Assembly: GCA_963764715.1 (NCBI GenBank)
Contig: CAVXTP010000003.1
Coordinates: 32,001-96,000 of the forward strand
Length of the DNA stretch: 64,000 bases
Source of the DNA: an uncultured Acidobacteriota bacterium
GTDB lineage: Bacteria; Acidobacteriota; Thermoanaerobaculia; UBA5066; Gp7-AA6
Reading direction: 5' to 3'
This document shows positions 28,901 through 38,605 of the stretch, piece by piece. A program made the position numbers and the translations under genes. Below the pieces are notes generated by a model. The model made no database searches. It had not been told where the DNA came from and saw nothing but the letters and a program-made list of their open reading frames with translations. Numbering within the stretch: the stretch's first letter is position 1; every line of letters starts with the position of its first letter.

Positions 28901-31637
28901 CGCTCGTCGGCGGCGGGAACACGCTGTTGACGAAGTAGTTGTACGCGTCGAGCAGCGCTCCGGCGAGCGGCGTGCACGAGGCCGTGAGCGCGACTTCCTT
29001 GGCGTCTTCCTCGAGCCGATAGGCGTCCTCGGCCGGCTGCGAGGAGTCGTAGCTGACGATCGACGACGTGAACCGCAGCAGCCGCTTGATCGCGGTCTCG
29101 GGCGAGTTGCCGCCCGGGTAGTCGGTGCCCAGCCACTCGCGGCGGAACGGGACGACGGGCCAGTCGGCCGGCGACGCCGGCGGGTTGGCGGGATAGACAC
29201 CCGGGAGGGCTGCATCCGGAGGCCCGAGGGCGCTCGGCGCCGCGCCGGGGAAGCCCTTGAAGGTGTTGAAGTGCGCGAGGCCGCCGCAGTCCTGCGAGTA
29301 CGGGTCGCAACCGATGATGCCCAGGGGACAGGACGGTCCCGCCAGCGCGTCGCTCGGGAACTGGCCGCTCGGCCGCGGGCGCTCCTTGTCGTAGATCGCC
29401 GAGTACATGCCCTGGTTCCGGCGGTCGGAGATCGAGGCCGCGTCGGACTTTCCATCGGCGTCGTTGTCCGGCGCCGCCGGGCATCCGAGCGCGAGGCTCG
29501 GGCAGGAGCCCCACGGCGGATTGCCGTTCAGGGTGTCGCTCGCCTGGAACTGCGGCGGCAGGTCGTAGAGGTCGCCGCGGACGTACTTGATGTCGACTTC
29601 CTGGAGGAACACGAGCGAATTGTCCGGGTCCGCCTGCGGATCGTCGAAGCCGCGCATGAAGTTCGGCGACGCCGGAAGCGGGATCAGGTTCGCCGGAGCC
29701 GGCTCGCCCGGATCGATGACGCCGTTGCCGTTGTTGTCGATGAACGCGCACTGGCGCGTGGCGTCGTAGGGGCACGGAGCGCAGACGAGCTGTCCTCCCC
29801 CCGTGTACGAGGCCGGGATGCCCGGGCAGGGGCTCGCCGGCGGCGGCGGAGGCGGCGCCATCGCGAAGAGGCCGCGGATGACCGGCGCGAGCCAGTTGGC
29901 GATCGCGGGCAGGACGCTCTTCGGCGGCATCGCGCCGCCGGGAAGCGTCGGAACGAGCGTCGGCGTCCGCGTCGGGGTCTCGGTCGGGGTGTTCGTCGCC
30001 GTCCGCGTGGCGGTGTTCGAGGCCGTGAACGTCGCCGTGTTCGTCGCCGTCCGCGTGGCCGTCCGGGACGGGGTGAAGGTCGCCGTGTTGCTCGGCGTGT
30101 TGGTCGCCGTGCGGGTCGCCGTCGCGGTCCGCGTAAACGTCCGCGTCGGGGTATTGGATGCCGTGAACGTCCGCGTCGCCGTCGCGGTGTTGCTCGGGGT
30201 GTTGGTCACCGTCGCCGTGTTGGTCGCCGTCCGCGTGGCCGTCCGGGTCGGCGTTCTGGACGCCGTGAACGTCCGCGTCGGCGTGTTCGTCCGGGTGCGC
30301 GTGGGCGTGTTCGAGCGCGTGAACGTGCGCGTCGGCGTTCTCGACGCCGTGAACGTGCGGGTGGCCGTGAAGGTGTTCGTCGGCGTACGGGTCGGCGAAG
30401 GCGTGAACGTGTTCGTGACCGTGAAAGTCCGGGTCGCCGTCGACGTGTTCGTCGGCGTGAACGTCTGAGTTCCCGTGAACGTCGGCGTCCTCGTCGAGGA
30501 CGGCGTGAACGTCGAGGTTCCCGTGAACGTGGGCGTGGCGGTCGACGTCTGCGAGGCGGTGAACGTGGTCGTCGGGGTCGACGTCGCCGTGCGGGTCGGC
30601 GTCGCCGACGCGGTATTGGACGGCGTGAACGTCGGCGTCGAGGTCGCCGTGTTGGTCGGCGTCGAGGTCTCCGTCGCGGTGAACGTCGCCGTCGGCGTCG
30701 GCGTCTCGGTCGGCGTCGGCGTCTCGGTGAAGCTCGGCGTGAAGGTCGGCGTGTCGGTCGGGGTGTTCGTCGGCGTATCGGGCGGCGGTCCCCACTCCTC
30801 GACGTGCACGACGACGAAGGGGTCCGAGTAGTTGCCGGTGATCATCCGCATGCGCAGCTCGCGCCCGGGGCGGGCGGTGTTGCGGTAGACGACGAGGCCC
30901 TCGTTCAGGCCGTGCGGGCCGAACGCTCCGCGCCAGTTGCCCGGGACCGGGCCGGGGTACGGCGGCCGCGGGTCCGGATTGGCGGGCGGGATCGTGAACG
31001 GGCCCTGGTCCACGGGCTGTCCGAGCGTGCCGTACAGCCGCATGACCTTGTGGCCCATCTGGAGGAACCGGCCCTGCTGCACGTCCGGCCACAGGGCCGG
31101 CGCGAACACGGAGCTGATCGAGGCGCCCGTCGGGTAGACCGAGTCGGCGAAGTAGAGCCACTCGAGACCGCCGTTCTCGAGGGTCTTTCCGGTCACCTTC
31201 GCGCCGCCGATCGGGTATCCGGGCAGCGGGTCGCCGGAGTTGGCCCCGGCCGACGTGTCGGCCGCTCCGAACGTCTGCTCGGGGTTCCGGTAGTAGGAGA
31301 ACGCCCAGTTGACGCCGGACGCGTTGGTCAGGACCTGGCGGAGAACGCTCTTGGCCACCGCGAACTTGGAGCCCGGGGTCGCGACCGTGCCCTCGGGATA
31401 GATGAAGTCGTCCATGAACGCCGGCAGCCGGTAGGTGTCCGAGAAGTCGTTGTTCATGGAGTAGGACGAATCGAGGATCAGGAGCACGTTCGTGTTGGCG
31501 CCGGCGTTGGCCTGGAGAAGCTGGCGGTCGTCGGGACGCGCGGGCGAAGCCATCAGAAAGAGGGCCAGAAACGTGGTCGCCACCCGGTGGCGTTCCGCGA
31601 ATCCGATGAGGCCGCTGGATCTCCGATGGTGTCGCAT
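25902..31637 (-). CDS. pilY1: PilY1-like pilus tip adhesin (about 1911 aa): vWA domain, Thr-rich insert, beta-propeller
   Basis: ATG 31637 after [39 protein letters not shown]; propeller motifs [66 protein letters not shown]. Confidence 0.9.
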   Translation of the reverse strand: MRHHRRSSGLIGFAERHRVATTFLALFLMASPARPDDRQLLQANAGANTNVLLILDSSYSMNNDFSDTYRLPAFMDDFIYPEGTVATPGSKFAVAKSVLRQVLTNASGVNWAFSYYRNPEQTFGAADTSAGANSGDPLPGYPIGGAKVTGKTLENGGLEWLYFADSVYPTGASISSVFAPALWPDVQQGRFLQMGHKVMRLYGTLGQPVDQGPFTIPPANPDPRPPYPGPVPGNWRGAFGPHGLNEGLVVYRNTARPGRELRMRMITGNYSDPFVVVHVEEWGPPPDTPTNTPTDTPTFTPSFTETPTPTETPTPTATFTATETSTPTNTATSTPTFTPSNTASATPTRTATSTPTTTFTASQTSTATPTFTGTSTFTPSSTRTPTFTGTQTFTPTNTSTATRTFTVTNTFTPSPTRTPTNTFTATRTFTASRTPTRTFTRSNTPTRTRTNTPTRTFTASRTPTRTATRTATNTATVTNTPSNTATATRTFTASNTPTRTFTRTATATRTATNTPSNTATFTPSRTATRTATNTATFTASNTATRTATNTPTETPTRTPTLVPTLPGGAMPPKSVLPAIANWLAPVIRGLFAMAPPPPPPASPCPGIPASYTGGGQLVCAPCPYDATRQCAFIDNNGNGVIDPGEPAPANLIPLPASPNFMRGFDDPQADPDNSLVFLQEVDIKYVRGDLYDLPPQFQASDTLNGNPPWGSCPSLALGCPAAPDNDADGKSDAASISDRRNQGMYSAIYDKERPRPSGQFPSDALAGPSCPLGIIGCDPYSQDCGGLAHFNTFKGFPGAAPSALGPPDAALPGVYPANPPASPADWPVVPFRREWLGTDYPGGNSPETAIKRLLRFTSSIVSYDSSQPAEDAYRLEEDAKEVALTASCTPLAGALLDAYNYFVNSVFPPPTSGAPDPAIDCRNYIIVFITDGHDEAGSDPCVGGTSGNGAAGDLGVVPLPESAPGRRAAAAALDPSVRVNGIPVYVVGLNTNPAFFPALNCIATNSGGKLFAVSDRTALLSVLESLLDFKRTANYFASPSVPAFAGGFGDTAQVGSVVPSHLNTNGDLSSWSIWNGSIKSYQLDSNGLIPVVTAAAATVTPTSAGPTNTPSAATPTPTPAVVANDYADETDPNNANPALRKPVWSAGRVLGYTDPRSDLAAGAASVAAAPSSRAPAISVWPGRKMIWAGTTAGVPLTRADLMPNTGNCTGGCFDSLITAMGLDPASAADRKLATLTVQFLRGGISAFGRRDEVLNDPTIRPPTIGTIGPATGDEQRYSYFYQDDAPAPGDPPQVRTDDDGTPPAGYAHKLGDIFHSEPLMLEPPRYFQYLSANLTPRTSSSTFGQPYLDFATLQAKRRKVVFAGANDGFLHAFDGGVWGRDTANFAQTHDLGTGREIFAYSPRIVMDSKFPNLLNFPPLPQYFVDGSTATADVFIDPAFVGTPDETERVWRTVLVGGLRQGGQGYYALDVTQPDDIDTVTGSPTFGEIVGDKDASPACLDGGGTSCVAGAATGRQYPTIMWEFADVGAACSDACGTVGAPLGETWSRPVIGRIKVIDPSSPTADASGFDDRYVAIFGGGYDPSFTPGDDVSAKLGTGTVIRGRSFYMIDVETGRIIYKSTRGVDGGGAPVDFAPMPAPPAVVDYNDDGYLDAAYIGDVNGHMWRVDLTPDASASPKRGEITAGQAHGYAPFMLFDGCELAAGTCTNKWPVFFEPGVVYVGGAGSPPVLGISFGTGNRAELARPNTQPQDFFYVVDTGQTTKTFVKADLHDLTPPGGTPCPLPYTGVCTNAANGFVLEYGSLNEKTTSTVFSTRGYLSLITFTPDSVSPCATNGSSYRYRFFYQTGQGYYGTTGSYADYQENLGEGMAAASQSVSPDGDTIDTTLTTSGGIEQQVTPNVIHTIEQNWKEQQQ
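29945..30780 (-). repeat. Low-complexity coding repeat, (Thr-X)n, about 280 aa inside PilY1
   Basis: [17 protein letters not shown]...[17 protein letters not shown]. The + strand is visibly GT-rich with 6-bp periodicity. Confidence 0.92.
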
Positions 31638-31648
31638 GGGACGTCTCC

Positions 31649-32200
31649 TCAGAAGGGCAACCGGGCCGGAAGAGGCCCGATCTCGGCGTCGGCCACGAGC
31701 GCCTTGGAGTACTGCAGGAAGGCATCGTTCTGCTCGCCCGTCGAGCGGACCTCGAGCGAGTACATGTACTGGGCGCGGGAGCCCTGCTCGTTGATGATCC
31801 CGCCGCGCGCCGGGCGCCGCCCGAGGCGGCCGGGGTTGGTCACCCGCACCTGGATGTCGTCGGCCCCGATGAAGCCGAGGGTCTGGCGGAACCGGTGGCT
31901 CGACATGTTGAAGAGGACCGTGCCGAAGAGGTTCGGCGCGCCCGGCGCCCCGAACTCCGGCCGCGTCAGGAAGCCCCGCGGATCGTCGAGCTCCACGCCC
32001 GCCCAGCGGATCCCGGCGTCCGACGAGTAGAACGCCCGGTTGATCGACCACTCGTTGGCGGCGATGCGGGCCTCCGTCGACGTGATCAGCATCAGGGCGA
32101 TCCCGATGACCGTCAGGATCGCGAGGACGAGGATCGCGACGACGAGGGCGGCGCCGCGCTCGCGGCGGTTGCGGTCGGTGGAAGTGGAAGTCATGCTCAT
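31649..32200 (-). CDS. pilX: PilX-like minor pilin
   Basis: RERG|[17 protein letters not shown] with no Glu5, [13 protein letters not shown] overlap. Confidence 0.85.
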   Translation of the reverse strand: MSMTSTSTDRNRRERGAALVVAILVLAILTVIGIALMLITSTEARIAANEWSINRAFYSSDAGIRWAGVELDDPRGFLTRPEFGAPGAPNLFGTVLFNMSSHRFRQTLGFIGADDIQVRVTNPGRLGRRPARGGIINEQGSRAQYMYSLEVRSTGEQNDAFLQYSKALVADAEIGPLPARLPF

Positions 32201-33585
32201 CCCTGGAACGCGTAGTTGCGCAGGTTGATCTTCAGGTTCTGGACGCGCCGGCGGAACGTGCCCGGCGTGATCGGGGCCGCGGTGGAGTTCATGATCTGGT
32301 AGCCCTGCGACGCCGGTCCCTTGTAGCCCGGATCCGGGTCCTTGGCCTTGGCAAGCAGCGAGATCATCACGCCGTGGAGGCGCGGGCAGTGCATCGCGAA
32401 CGACGCGCCCGTGTGCCCGGGGACGAAGGGCTGCTGCTGCTGGAAGTCGGTGTCGACCGGGGCGGCCTCGGTGTCGACGTTGGGAACCCACTCGTCGCCG
32501 CCGGCGACCGTCGAGACGTTCGGGTCGACGTTCAACGCGGGCGGGATGGGCGGCTGGACGGTCAGCGCGTTGTCCGTGACGCCGCCGACGATGCCGTCGA
32601 TGCCGTAGGCGATCTGCATGTCCTCGACGTCCTCGGCCAGGCGCGTGACCTCGAACGCGTCGCCCCGGCGGATGCCCTGCGCGAGGAACGGGTGAATGCC
32701 GGTCGGATCGACCGTCGGGTCCGTCGTGATGAAGAAGACGATGTCGTCGAGGATGCCGGCCCGCCGCACCTTCTGGATCGGCGCGGCGTTGTCGCCGAGG
32801 CCCGGCGTCGAAGGAAGCTCGGTGTTGAAGCGCGGGCCGATCGTCCCGCCGAAGTCGACCGTGCCGAAGGTCCCGCCGAGGAGGTTCGTCGGCGCGGTGA
32901 TCACGCCGACGTTGTACGCGGCCTGCGGATACCGGGTGACGCCGCCGGGGTTCGGGTCCGAGCAGGCGTAATGCAGGTCGGTGTTGCCGTCCTCGACGAT
33001 CACGAGCATCGGGTTGGCGCCGGCCGTCGCCGTGTACGAGTCGACGGCCGCGAACTGCGGCCGGTTGGTGGCGTCGTCGTTGACGTGCTGGCCGATGACC
33101 AGGTTGCCGACGATCGGCAGAACGTTGAGAGACTGCGAGCCCGTGCACCCGTTGCAGCCGGTCTGCTGATCGAAGCCGATGAGCGGCGACAGGATGACGC
33201 CGCGGATCTCGATCATGTCCGTGCCCGGACGCACCGTCCAGACCGTGCCGCCGGTGTCCGTCACCGTCACGCCGGCGACGTTGTCGTAGGACTGTCCCGC
33301 GGGCGCGATGCCGGGCAGGCCGCGGTCGGCGTGGTTCAGGACGGCCTGCGTCACGTAGAGGCCCCCGGCCCCGGCCATTCGGATGACGCGCGTCATCTGG
33401 TAGATGCCGTAGCGCACGGCGCCCTGGGCGTCGGCCACGTCGGTCTCGTTCTTGTTGATCCGCGCGCTCGCGTCGAAGACCGCGAGCAGGCCGAGCATCG
33501 CGACGGCGAGCAACAGCGACACGATGATCATCTCGATCAGGGTGAAGCCGGCTTCGCGCGAACGCGTCGGGTGAGGAGTCTTCAT
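32197..33585 (-). CDS. pilW: PilW-like minor pilin (large, 462 aa)
   Basis: EAG|[30 protein letters not shown]-terminal INLRN. Confidence 0.85.
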   Translation of the reverse strand: MKTPHPTRSREAGFTLIEMIIVSLLLAVAMLGLLAVFDASARINKNETDVADAQGAVRYGIYQMTRVIRMAGAGGLYVTQAVLNHADRGLPGIAPAGQSYDNVAGVTVTDTGGTVWTVRPGTDMIEIRGVILSPLIGFDQQTGCNGCTGSQSLNVLPIVGNLVIGQHVNDDATNRPQFAAVDSYTATAGANPMLVIVEDGNTDLHYACSDPNPGGVTRYPQAAYNVGVITAPTNLLGGTFGTVDFGGTIGPRFNTELPSTPGLGDNAAPIQKVRRAGILDDIVFFITTDPTVDPTGIHPFLAQGIRRGDAFEVTRLAEDVEDMQIAYGIDGIVGGVTDNALTVQPPIPPALNVDPNVSTVAGGDEWVPNVDTEAAPVDTDFQQQQPFVPGHTGASFAMHCPRLHGVMISLLAKAKDPDPGYKGPASQGYQIMNSTAAPITPGTFRRRVQNLKINLRNYAFQG

Positions 33586-33589
33586 GGCT

Positions 33590-34114
33590 CTAGTTGCAGA
33601 CCGTCGCCGGGTTCGGGTTGCGGACGAAGCCGCTGACCCTCGCCGTGCGCGCGCCCATGCCGAGATTCGTGCCACCCGAGACCGACCGCACCGTCACGTT
33701 GATGCGCTTGAAGTCGCAGGGCAGCGCCGCGGCGACCGCGTTGAGAACGAACGCGCCCCCCGGAGCGCCCGGGGGCGTCGTCGTGAAGTTGTCGACGGTG
33801 TAGGTCCGCTCGAGCGTGTTCTTCACGCTCGAGGGCGGGATCCCCGTCACCGGGTCGGGCAGCGTCGTCGGCAGGTCGTTGACGTAGGCGCCCGAGGCGA
33901 GCTGCTGGTCTCCGAAGGGCAGGTTCATGAGCTGCTCGAGCCGGTCGCGCGCCAGGTTGTGGATGCTCGTGTACTCGTTGGCGCTGTAGTTCGACCGGAC
34001 GCTCGCGATGAAGAGGGGCGCGATGCCGAGAAGCACGATGCCGAGAAGCGCCAGGGCGATGAGCATCTCGACGAGGGTCAGGCCGGCCTCGCGCCGGCGG
34101 TTCGTCAGTGCCAT
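33590..34114 (-). CDS. pilV: PilV-like minor pilin
   Basis: ATG 34114, EAG|LTLVEMLIAL, LARDRLEQL, KRINVTV. Position in the fimT-V-W-X-Y1 order. Confidence 0.8.
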   Translation of the reverse strand: MALTNRRREAGLTLVEMLIALALLGIVLLGIAPLFIASVRSNYSANEYTSIHNLARDRLEQLMNLPFGDQQLASGAYVNDLPTTLPDPVTGIPPSSVKNTLERTYTVDNFTTTPPGAPGGAFVLNAVAAALPCDFKRINVTVRSVSGGTNLGMGARTARVSGFVRNPNPATVCN

Positions 34115-34653
34115 TCCGTTCCCCTCTGCTTGGCGACGGTCGGATTCGGACCGAGGACCTCGATCTTCCCGTTGCCCGAAACCTGCACGGGCAGGTCGTT
34201 GGTCGTCCCGGCACCGATGACACCCCGAATCGTGAACGTCCCGGGCTGGGTCGCGCGGCCGTCCGGCCCGAACATGATCTGGGCCGGCTGGACCGGGTAA
34301 GGATTCGGGGGCGACGGCGGAAAATCGACGAGCGCCGGGAGCCGAAGCTCGGCCACCTTGATCGGCGTCGGAATCGTTTGCTCGAAGGTCTCGATGAGGT
34401 TGAAGCCCTGCGTGCCCGTGGCACGGCTGACGACGACGCGGGCAGGCAGGTTGCGCTTGACCGCGCGCATGCGCGCCGCCTGCAGCGTGATGGCGAGCTG
34501 CGACCCGGCGCTCTTGACCTGGTTGCGCTGCGAGATCTTGGCGAACCACGGGGCCGCCGCGAGCGCGAGGATGCCGATGATCGCCATGACGATCAGCAGC
34601 TCGGCGAGCGAGAATCCGCCGTCCCGGCGGCGTCGACACGATGCACGGAGCAT
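34105..34653 (-). CDS. fimT: FimT/FimU (GspH-like) minor pilin
   Basis: DGG|FSLAELLIV, LQAARMRAVKRN, IMFGPDG, VQVSGNGKI. Confidence 0.82.
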   Translation of the reverse strand: MLRASCRRRRDGGFSLAELLIVMAIIGILALAAAPWFAKISQRNQVKSAGSQLAITLQAARMRAVKRNLPARVVVSRATGTQGFNLIETFEQTIPTPIKVAELRLPALVDFPPSPPNPYPVQPAQIMFGPDGRATQPGTFTIRGVIGAGTTNDLPVQVSGNGKIEVLGPNPTVAKQRGTEWH

Positions 34654-34668
34654 TTCGGGTGAACAAGG

Positions 34669-34684
34669 AGCGATTCTCGTGCCC
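34669..34684 (-). promoter_or_regulatory. Putative sigma54 promoter of the minor pilin operon
   Basis: Minus strand GGGCACGAGAATCGCT against consensus TGGCACG-N4-TTGCT. It sits very close to the annotated ATG, so the transcript would be nearly leaderless. Confidence 0.55.
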
Positions 34685-34903
34685 GCACCCAGGTGTGGGA
34701 CCTAAGCCTTTCGAATGCAACGATATGAGGGCGATGGATCGGGGGTCACAGAGCGCTTTTCGGCCGGTTTTTGTTACCCGGGGTAACGGATCCTGTCAGT
34801 CGCCCGGGAGCCTCCCGAGACCCCGACTGGAAGCGGAATCGACTCCGTCTCTCGACTCTCGACTCTCGCGCCGCGAGTCCCTACACTGACTCGACACACC
34901 CCC

Positions 34904-37381
34904 ATGTGGCCCACCAAACGCAAGGCATCGGGGCTCGAAGCCCTGTTCGGACGGCTCCGCGCCCGCCACTGGAAAGGCGAGGCCGAACGCGACGAGCTGC
35001 TCAAAACGCTCGCCGCGGCTCCGAATCTCGCGCCGGAAGACGTGGGCTGGATGGCGGTCGAGACCGACGCCGCCCTGCGGCAGGCGGGCCTCGCGCTCCT
35101 GAAGCGGCACCCGTACGAGGCCGCGGCGGCGGGGCTCTTCCCCTTCCTCTCCTCGCAAACCGAGGCGGTCCGCCGGCAGGCGATGCAGGCGCTCGAGCTT
35201 CTCGCCGGAGGCCAGTTTCTCGAAAAGCTCCCGACCCTGCTGTCGAACCCCGATCCGGCCGTCGTCCATGCCGCCCTGGATTACCTCAAGAGATCGCCCA
35301 ACGAGCGGGCCCTCCCCTCCATCGCGAAGGTCCTCGAGGCATCGCACTCGCCGGCGATCCGGAAGAAGGCGTTCGCGATCGCCGAGGCCACGCCGTCCCC
35401 CAAAGTGACGGCGATCGCCCTGGCCGCGCTCGAGGACGACGACGAGGACCTGCGGTACCGCGCCGTCCAGCTCCTCTCGAAGTTCCCGGACGAGGCGCAG
35501 ATCCCGGCGCTTCTGGCCCACTGCCGCAACGACTCGACGCGGGTCAAGGACGCCGCGATCGCGGCGCTCGGACCGGTGCTCGCCAAGTCGCAGAAGTCGT
35601 GGGCGGAGGACGTGCTGCCGCTGCTCTCCGACGGCAACCCCAAGGTGCGGCAGCTCGCCTCGCGCATCATCTCGACGCAGGAGCCCGGCCGCATCGCCGA
35701 CGCGTTCCTCCAGACGTTCAAGGGACAGTACGGCCCCGTCCGCGACCGGGCCGTCGAGGCCCTGCGGGAGCTCTCCCCCGAGTTCATCCGGGCGTTCCTC
35801 GCGCGGGACGCCTCCGAGGACCCCCTCGAGGCCGGGCTCGCGGCCTCGATCGCCGTGACGATGCGCTCCGCGGAGGTCGTCCCGCACTGCCTGCGCTTCC
35901 TGACGAGCGACGACTGGTGGCTGCGGGACCGGGCGGCGATGGCGCTCGCCGAGATCCGCGACGAGTCGGCGCTGCCGCAACTGCTCCAGATGCTCTCCGA
36001 CCCCGAGTCCAATCTCTCGGCGGCCGCGGCCCTGGGGGCCTGGGGATCGCCGAAGGCCCTGCCGGCGCTGCTCGACGCGTACAAGCAGTCGTCGGCGTTC
36101 GCCGACCTGCGCCTGGAGATCCTCGACGCCTTCGCGAAGATCCAGGACCCGAAGGTCGGCCCGCTCCTGCAGAAGATCGTCCAGGTCGACCCGAGCCCAC
36201 TCGTCCGCGACAAGGCCACCCGGCTCGTCCGGCAGCGCGCCGGGGAACCGGACGTCGAGCCGAGCGGGGCCCCGCGCGTCTTCGCCCCGGTCGACTTCGA
36301 TGCGACGCCGAGCCCCTCGCTGTCGGACCTGCTCCGCCACGCGCGGGCCATGTCGGCCTCCGACCTGCACCTGGGGACCGGAACCGTGCCCCGCGTCCGG
36401 ATCCACGGCCGCCTCATTCCGCTCCCGCTCCCGGAGCCCACGGCCGAGCAGATGGACGGGTGGATCCGGCCGATCCTCGGCGACGAACGGTCGGCCGAGC
36501 TCGAGACGCGCCGCCAGCTCGACTTCTGCCACAAGGACCCGGAGCTCGGCCGCTTCCGCACCAACGTCTTCTTCGAGCGCAAGGGCTTGAACGCCGTCCT
36601 TCGGCTCGTGCCCTACGAGATCCCGAACCTCACCGACATCGGCCTGCCGGAGAGCCTCTGGGAGATCACGGGATACTCGCAGGGCCTCATCCTCGTGACG
36701 GGCGCCGCCGGGTGCGGGAAGACGACCACGCTCGCGGCCCTCGTCGACCGCATCAACGAAACCGAGCGCGGCCACATCATCACCGTCGAGGACCCGATCG
36801 AGTACGTCCACACGAGCAAGGAATCGCTCGTGAACCAGCGGGAGATCCCGTCCCACTCGAAGTCCTTCGCGAAGGCCCTGCGGCAGTCGCTCCGCGAGGA
36901 CCCGGACGTCATCCTCGTCGGCGAGATGCGCGACCTCGAGACGATCTCGCTCGCCATCACCGCCTCCGAAACGGGCCACCTGGTGCTCGCGACCCTCCAC
37001 ACGACGACGGCCTCCTCCACGGTCGACCGCGTCATCAACGCGTTCCCGCCCGACCAGCAGGGCCAGATCCGGATGATGGTCGCCGACTCGCTCAAGGCCG
37101 TCATCTCCCAGGCCCTCCTGCCGCGGCGGGACGGATCGGGGCGCGTGGCGGCCTTCGAGATCCTGCGCAACACGCCGAACGTCGCGGGCCTGATCCGCGA
37201 CTCGAAGACGTTCCAGATCCCCACCGCGATCCAGACGGGCTCCGCCTCGGGCATGCAGCTCATGGACGGCGCGCTCCTCCAGCTCGTCCAGGAAGGCGTC
37301 ATCGAGCCCCGGGTCGGCTACGACAAGGCCGTGCGCAAGGAAGCGTTCGAGCCCTTCCTCGAGGAAGGCGGCGCGGCGTGA
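34904..37381 (+). CDS. pilT: PilT/PilU-family retraction ATPase with N-terminal HEAT-repeat domain
   Basis: About 450 aa of HEAT-like repeats (LEDDDEDLRYRAVQLL; LTSDDWWLRDRAAMALAEI), then SDLHL, GAAGCGKTTT, EDPIE, LREDPDVILVGEMRD, ETGHLVLATLHT. Confidence 0.88.
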   Translation: MWPTKRKASGLEALFGRLRARHWKGEAERDELLKTLAAAPNLAPEDVGWMAVETDAALRQAGLALLKRHPYEAAAAGLFPFLSSQTEAVRRQAMQALELLAGGQFLEKLPTLLSNPDPAVVHAALDYLKRSPNERALPSIAKVLEASHSPAIRKKAFAIAEATPSPKVTAIALAALEDDDEDLRYRAVQLLSKFPDEAQIPALLAHCRNDSTRVKDAAIAALGPVLAKSQKSWAEDVLPLLSDGNPKVRQLASRIISTQEPGRIADAFLQTFKGQYGPVRDRAVEALRELSPEFIRAFLARDASEDPLEAGLAASIAVTMRSAEVVPHCLRFLTSDDWWLRDRAAMALAEIRDESALPQLLQMLSDPESNLSAAAALGAWGSPKALPALLDAYKQSSAFADLRLEILDAFAKIQDPKVGPLLQKIVQVDPSPLVRDKATRLVRQRAGEPDVEPSGAPRVFAPVDFDATPSPSLSDLLRHARAMSASDLHLGTGTVPRVRIHGRLIPLPLPEPTAEQMDGWIRPILGDERSAELETRRQLDFCHKDPELGRFRTNVFFERKGLNAVLRLVPYEIPNLTDIGLPESLWEITGYSQGLILVTGAAGCGKTTTLAALVDRINETERGHIITVEDPIEYVHTSKESLVNQREIPSHSKSFAKALRQSLREDPDVILVGEMRDLETISLAITASETGHLVLATLHTTTASSTVDRVINAFPPDQQGQIRMMVADSLKAVISQALLPRRDGSGRVAAFEILRNTPNVAGLIRDSKTFQIPTAIQTGSASGMQLMDGALLQLVQEGVIEPRVGYDKAVRKEAFEPFLEEGGAA

Positions 37382-38514
37382 GCGCGGAGACGCCCGTGGA
37401 AGCCAAGACGAAGCTCGTCGGCGCGCTCGACGTGGTCTCGACCGGGATCAACCGGATCGACCGCTTCCTGACGATCCTTCCCAAGCGCAACGGCTCGGAC
37501 CTGCACCTCTCGGTCGGCTCGCCGCCCGTCGTGCGGATCGACGGCGAGCTCGAGCGCATGCGGTACCGCGTCCTCTCGGAAGGGGACTTCTTCAACCTCG
37601 TCGGCCCGATCACGCCGGGCCGGATCTGGGAGGCGTTCCAGGAGAGCGGAGACATCGACTTCGCGTACCAGATGGGCACCGTCGCCCGCTTCCGCGTCAA
37701 CCTCTTCCGCCAGGAGCGCGGCTCGGCGGCCGTCTTCCGGCTCATCCCGTCGCGCATCCCGACGGCCGAGGACCTGAACCTCCCGGCGCCGATCGCCGGC
37801 CTCTACGCCGAGCGGCGCGGCCTGATCCTCGTGACGGGCCCGACCGGAAGCGGCAAGTCCACGACGCTCGCCGCGGTCCTCGACCGCATGAACAAGCGCC
37901 TCGCCCAGCACGTCGTCACGATCGAGGACCCGATCGAGTTCGTCCACACCAACGACAAGTCCGTCTTCACGCAGCGCGAGATCGGCCCCGACGTGCCCGA
38001 CTTCGCCGCGGGCGTGAAGGCCGCGATCCGCGAGGACCCGGACTGCCTGCTCGTCGGCGAGATGCGCGACCTCGAGACGATGCGCATGGCCCTGTCGGCC
38101 GCCGAGACCGGCCTTCTCGTCTTCGCGACCGTGCACACCAACTCGGCGGCCAAGGCCGTCGACCGGATCATCGACGCCTTCCCCGCGGCCGAGCAGGAGC
38201 AGGTGCGCATCGTGCTGGCGGAGGCGCTTCGCGGAGTCGTCGCTCAGCAGCTCCTGCGCAAGAAGGGCGGCGGCCGCGTGGCATCCTTCGAGATCCTGCT
38301 CGGCTCGACCGCCCTCTCCAACGCGATCCGCGAGGGCAAGACCGCCATGATCAACAACATGATCGCGACGGGGAAGGGCCGCGGGATGATCTCGATGGAC
38401 CAGTCGCTGACCGAGCTCGTCAAGGGAGGGCTCGTCGAGCCGGACGAGGCGCTCGATCGCGCGATCGACAAGGAATCCTTCAAGACGATGCTCGGGGCCA
38501 TCCCGAAAAACTAG
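37378..38514 (+). CDS. pilT: PilT retraction ATPase
   Basis: GTGA overlap. SDLHL, GPTGSGKSTT, EDPIE, REDPDCLLVGEMRD, NAIREGK. Confidence 0.9.
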   Translation: MSAETPVEAKTKLVGALDVVSTGINRIDRFLTILPKRNGSDLHLSVGSPPVVRIDGELERMRYRVLSEGDFFNLVGPITPGRIWEAFQESGDIDFAYQMGTVARFRVNLFRQERGSAAVFRLIPSRIPTAEDLNLPAPIAGLYAERRGLILVTGPTGSGKSTTLAAVLDRMNKRLAQHVVTIEDPIEFVHTNDKSVFTQREIGPDVPDFAAGVKAAIREDPDCLLVGEMRDLETMRMALSAAETGLLVFATVHTNSAAKAVDRIIDAFPAAEQEQVRIVLAEALRGVVAQQLLRKKGGGRVASFEILLGSTALSNAIREGKTAMINNMIATGKGRGMISMDQSLTELVKGGLVEPDEALDRAIDKESFKTMLGAIPKN

Positions 38515-38516
38515 CC

Positions 38517-38600
38517 GGGGCCAGGTCTCTCACTCGGATTTCCGCGACGACTTCGCTGGAGCCGGCCGCAGCCGAAATCCGAAAAATGAAGACCTGACCC
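38517..38600. repeat. REP-like inverted repeat between convergent genes
   Basis: GGGGCCAGGTCT..CA-TCGGATTT ... AAATCCGA..TGAAGACCTGACCC form imperfect inverted arms. Confidence 0.65.
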
Positions 38601-38605
38601 TCGTT

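Noticed and set aside
29945-30780. CRISPR array or DGR-like repeat
   Set aside because: No constant repeat with unique spacers, and no cas or reverse transcriptase gene. It is an in-frame low-complexity coding tract.
29803-30831. Val-alternating 'membrane protein' ORFs on the + strand
   Set aside because: They are the reverse complement of the Thr codons in the PilY1 repeat.
25938-32030. Very long + strand ORFs (2030 aa here; also 3872..7105, 6654..9611, 10768..13557 and others)
   Set aside because: Antisense shadows of real high-GC genes: Arg/Val/Gly-rich, no motifs, fully overlapping well-supported minus-strand CDSs.
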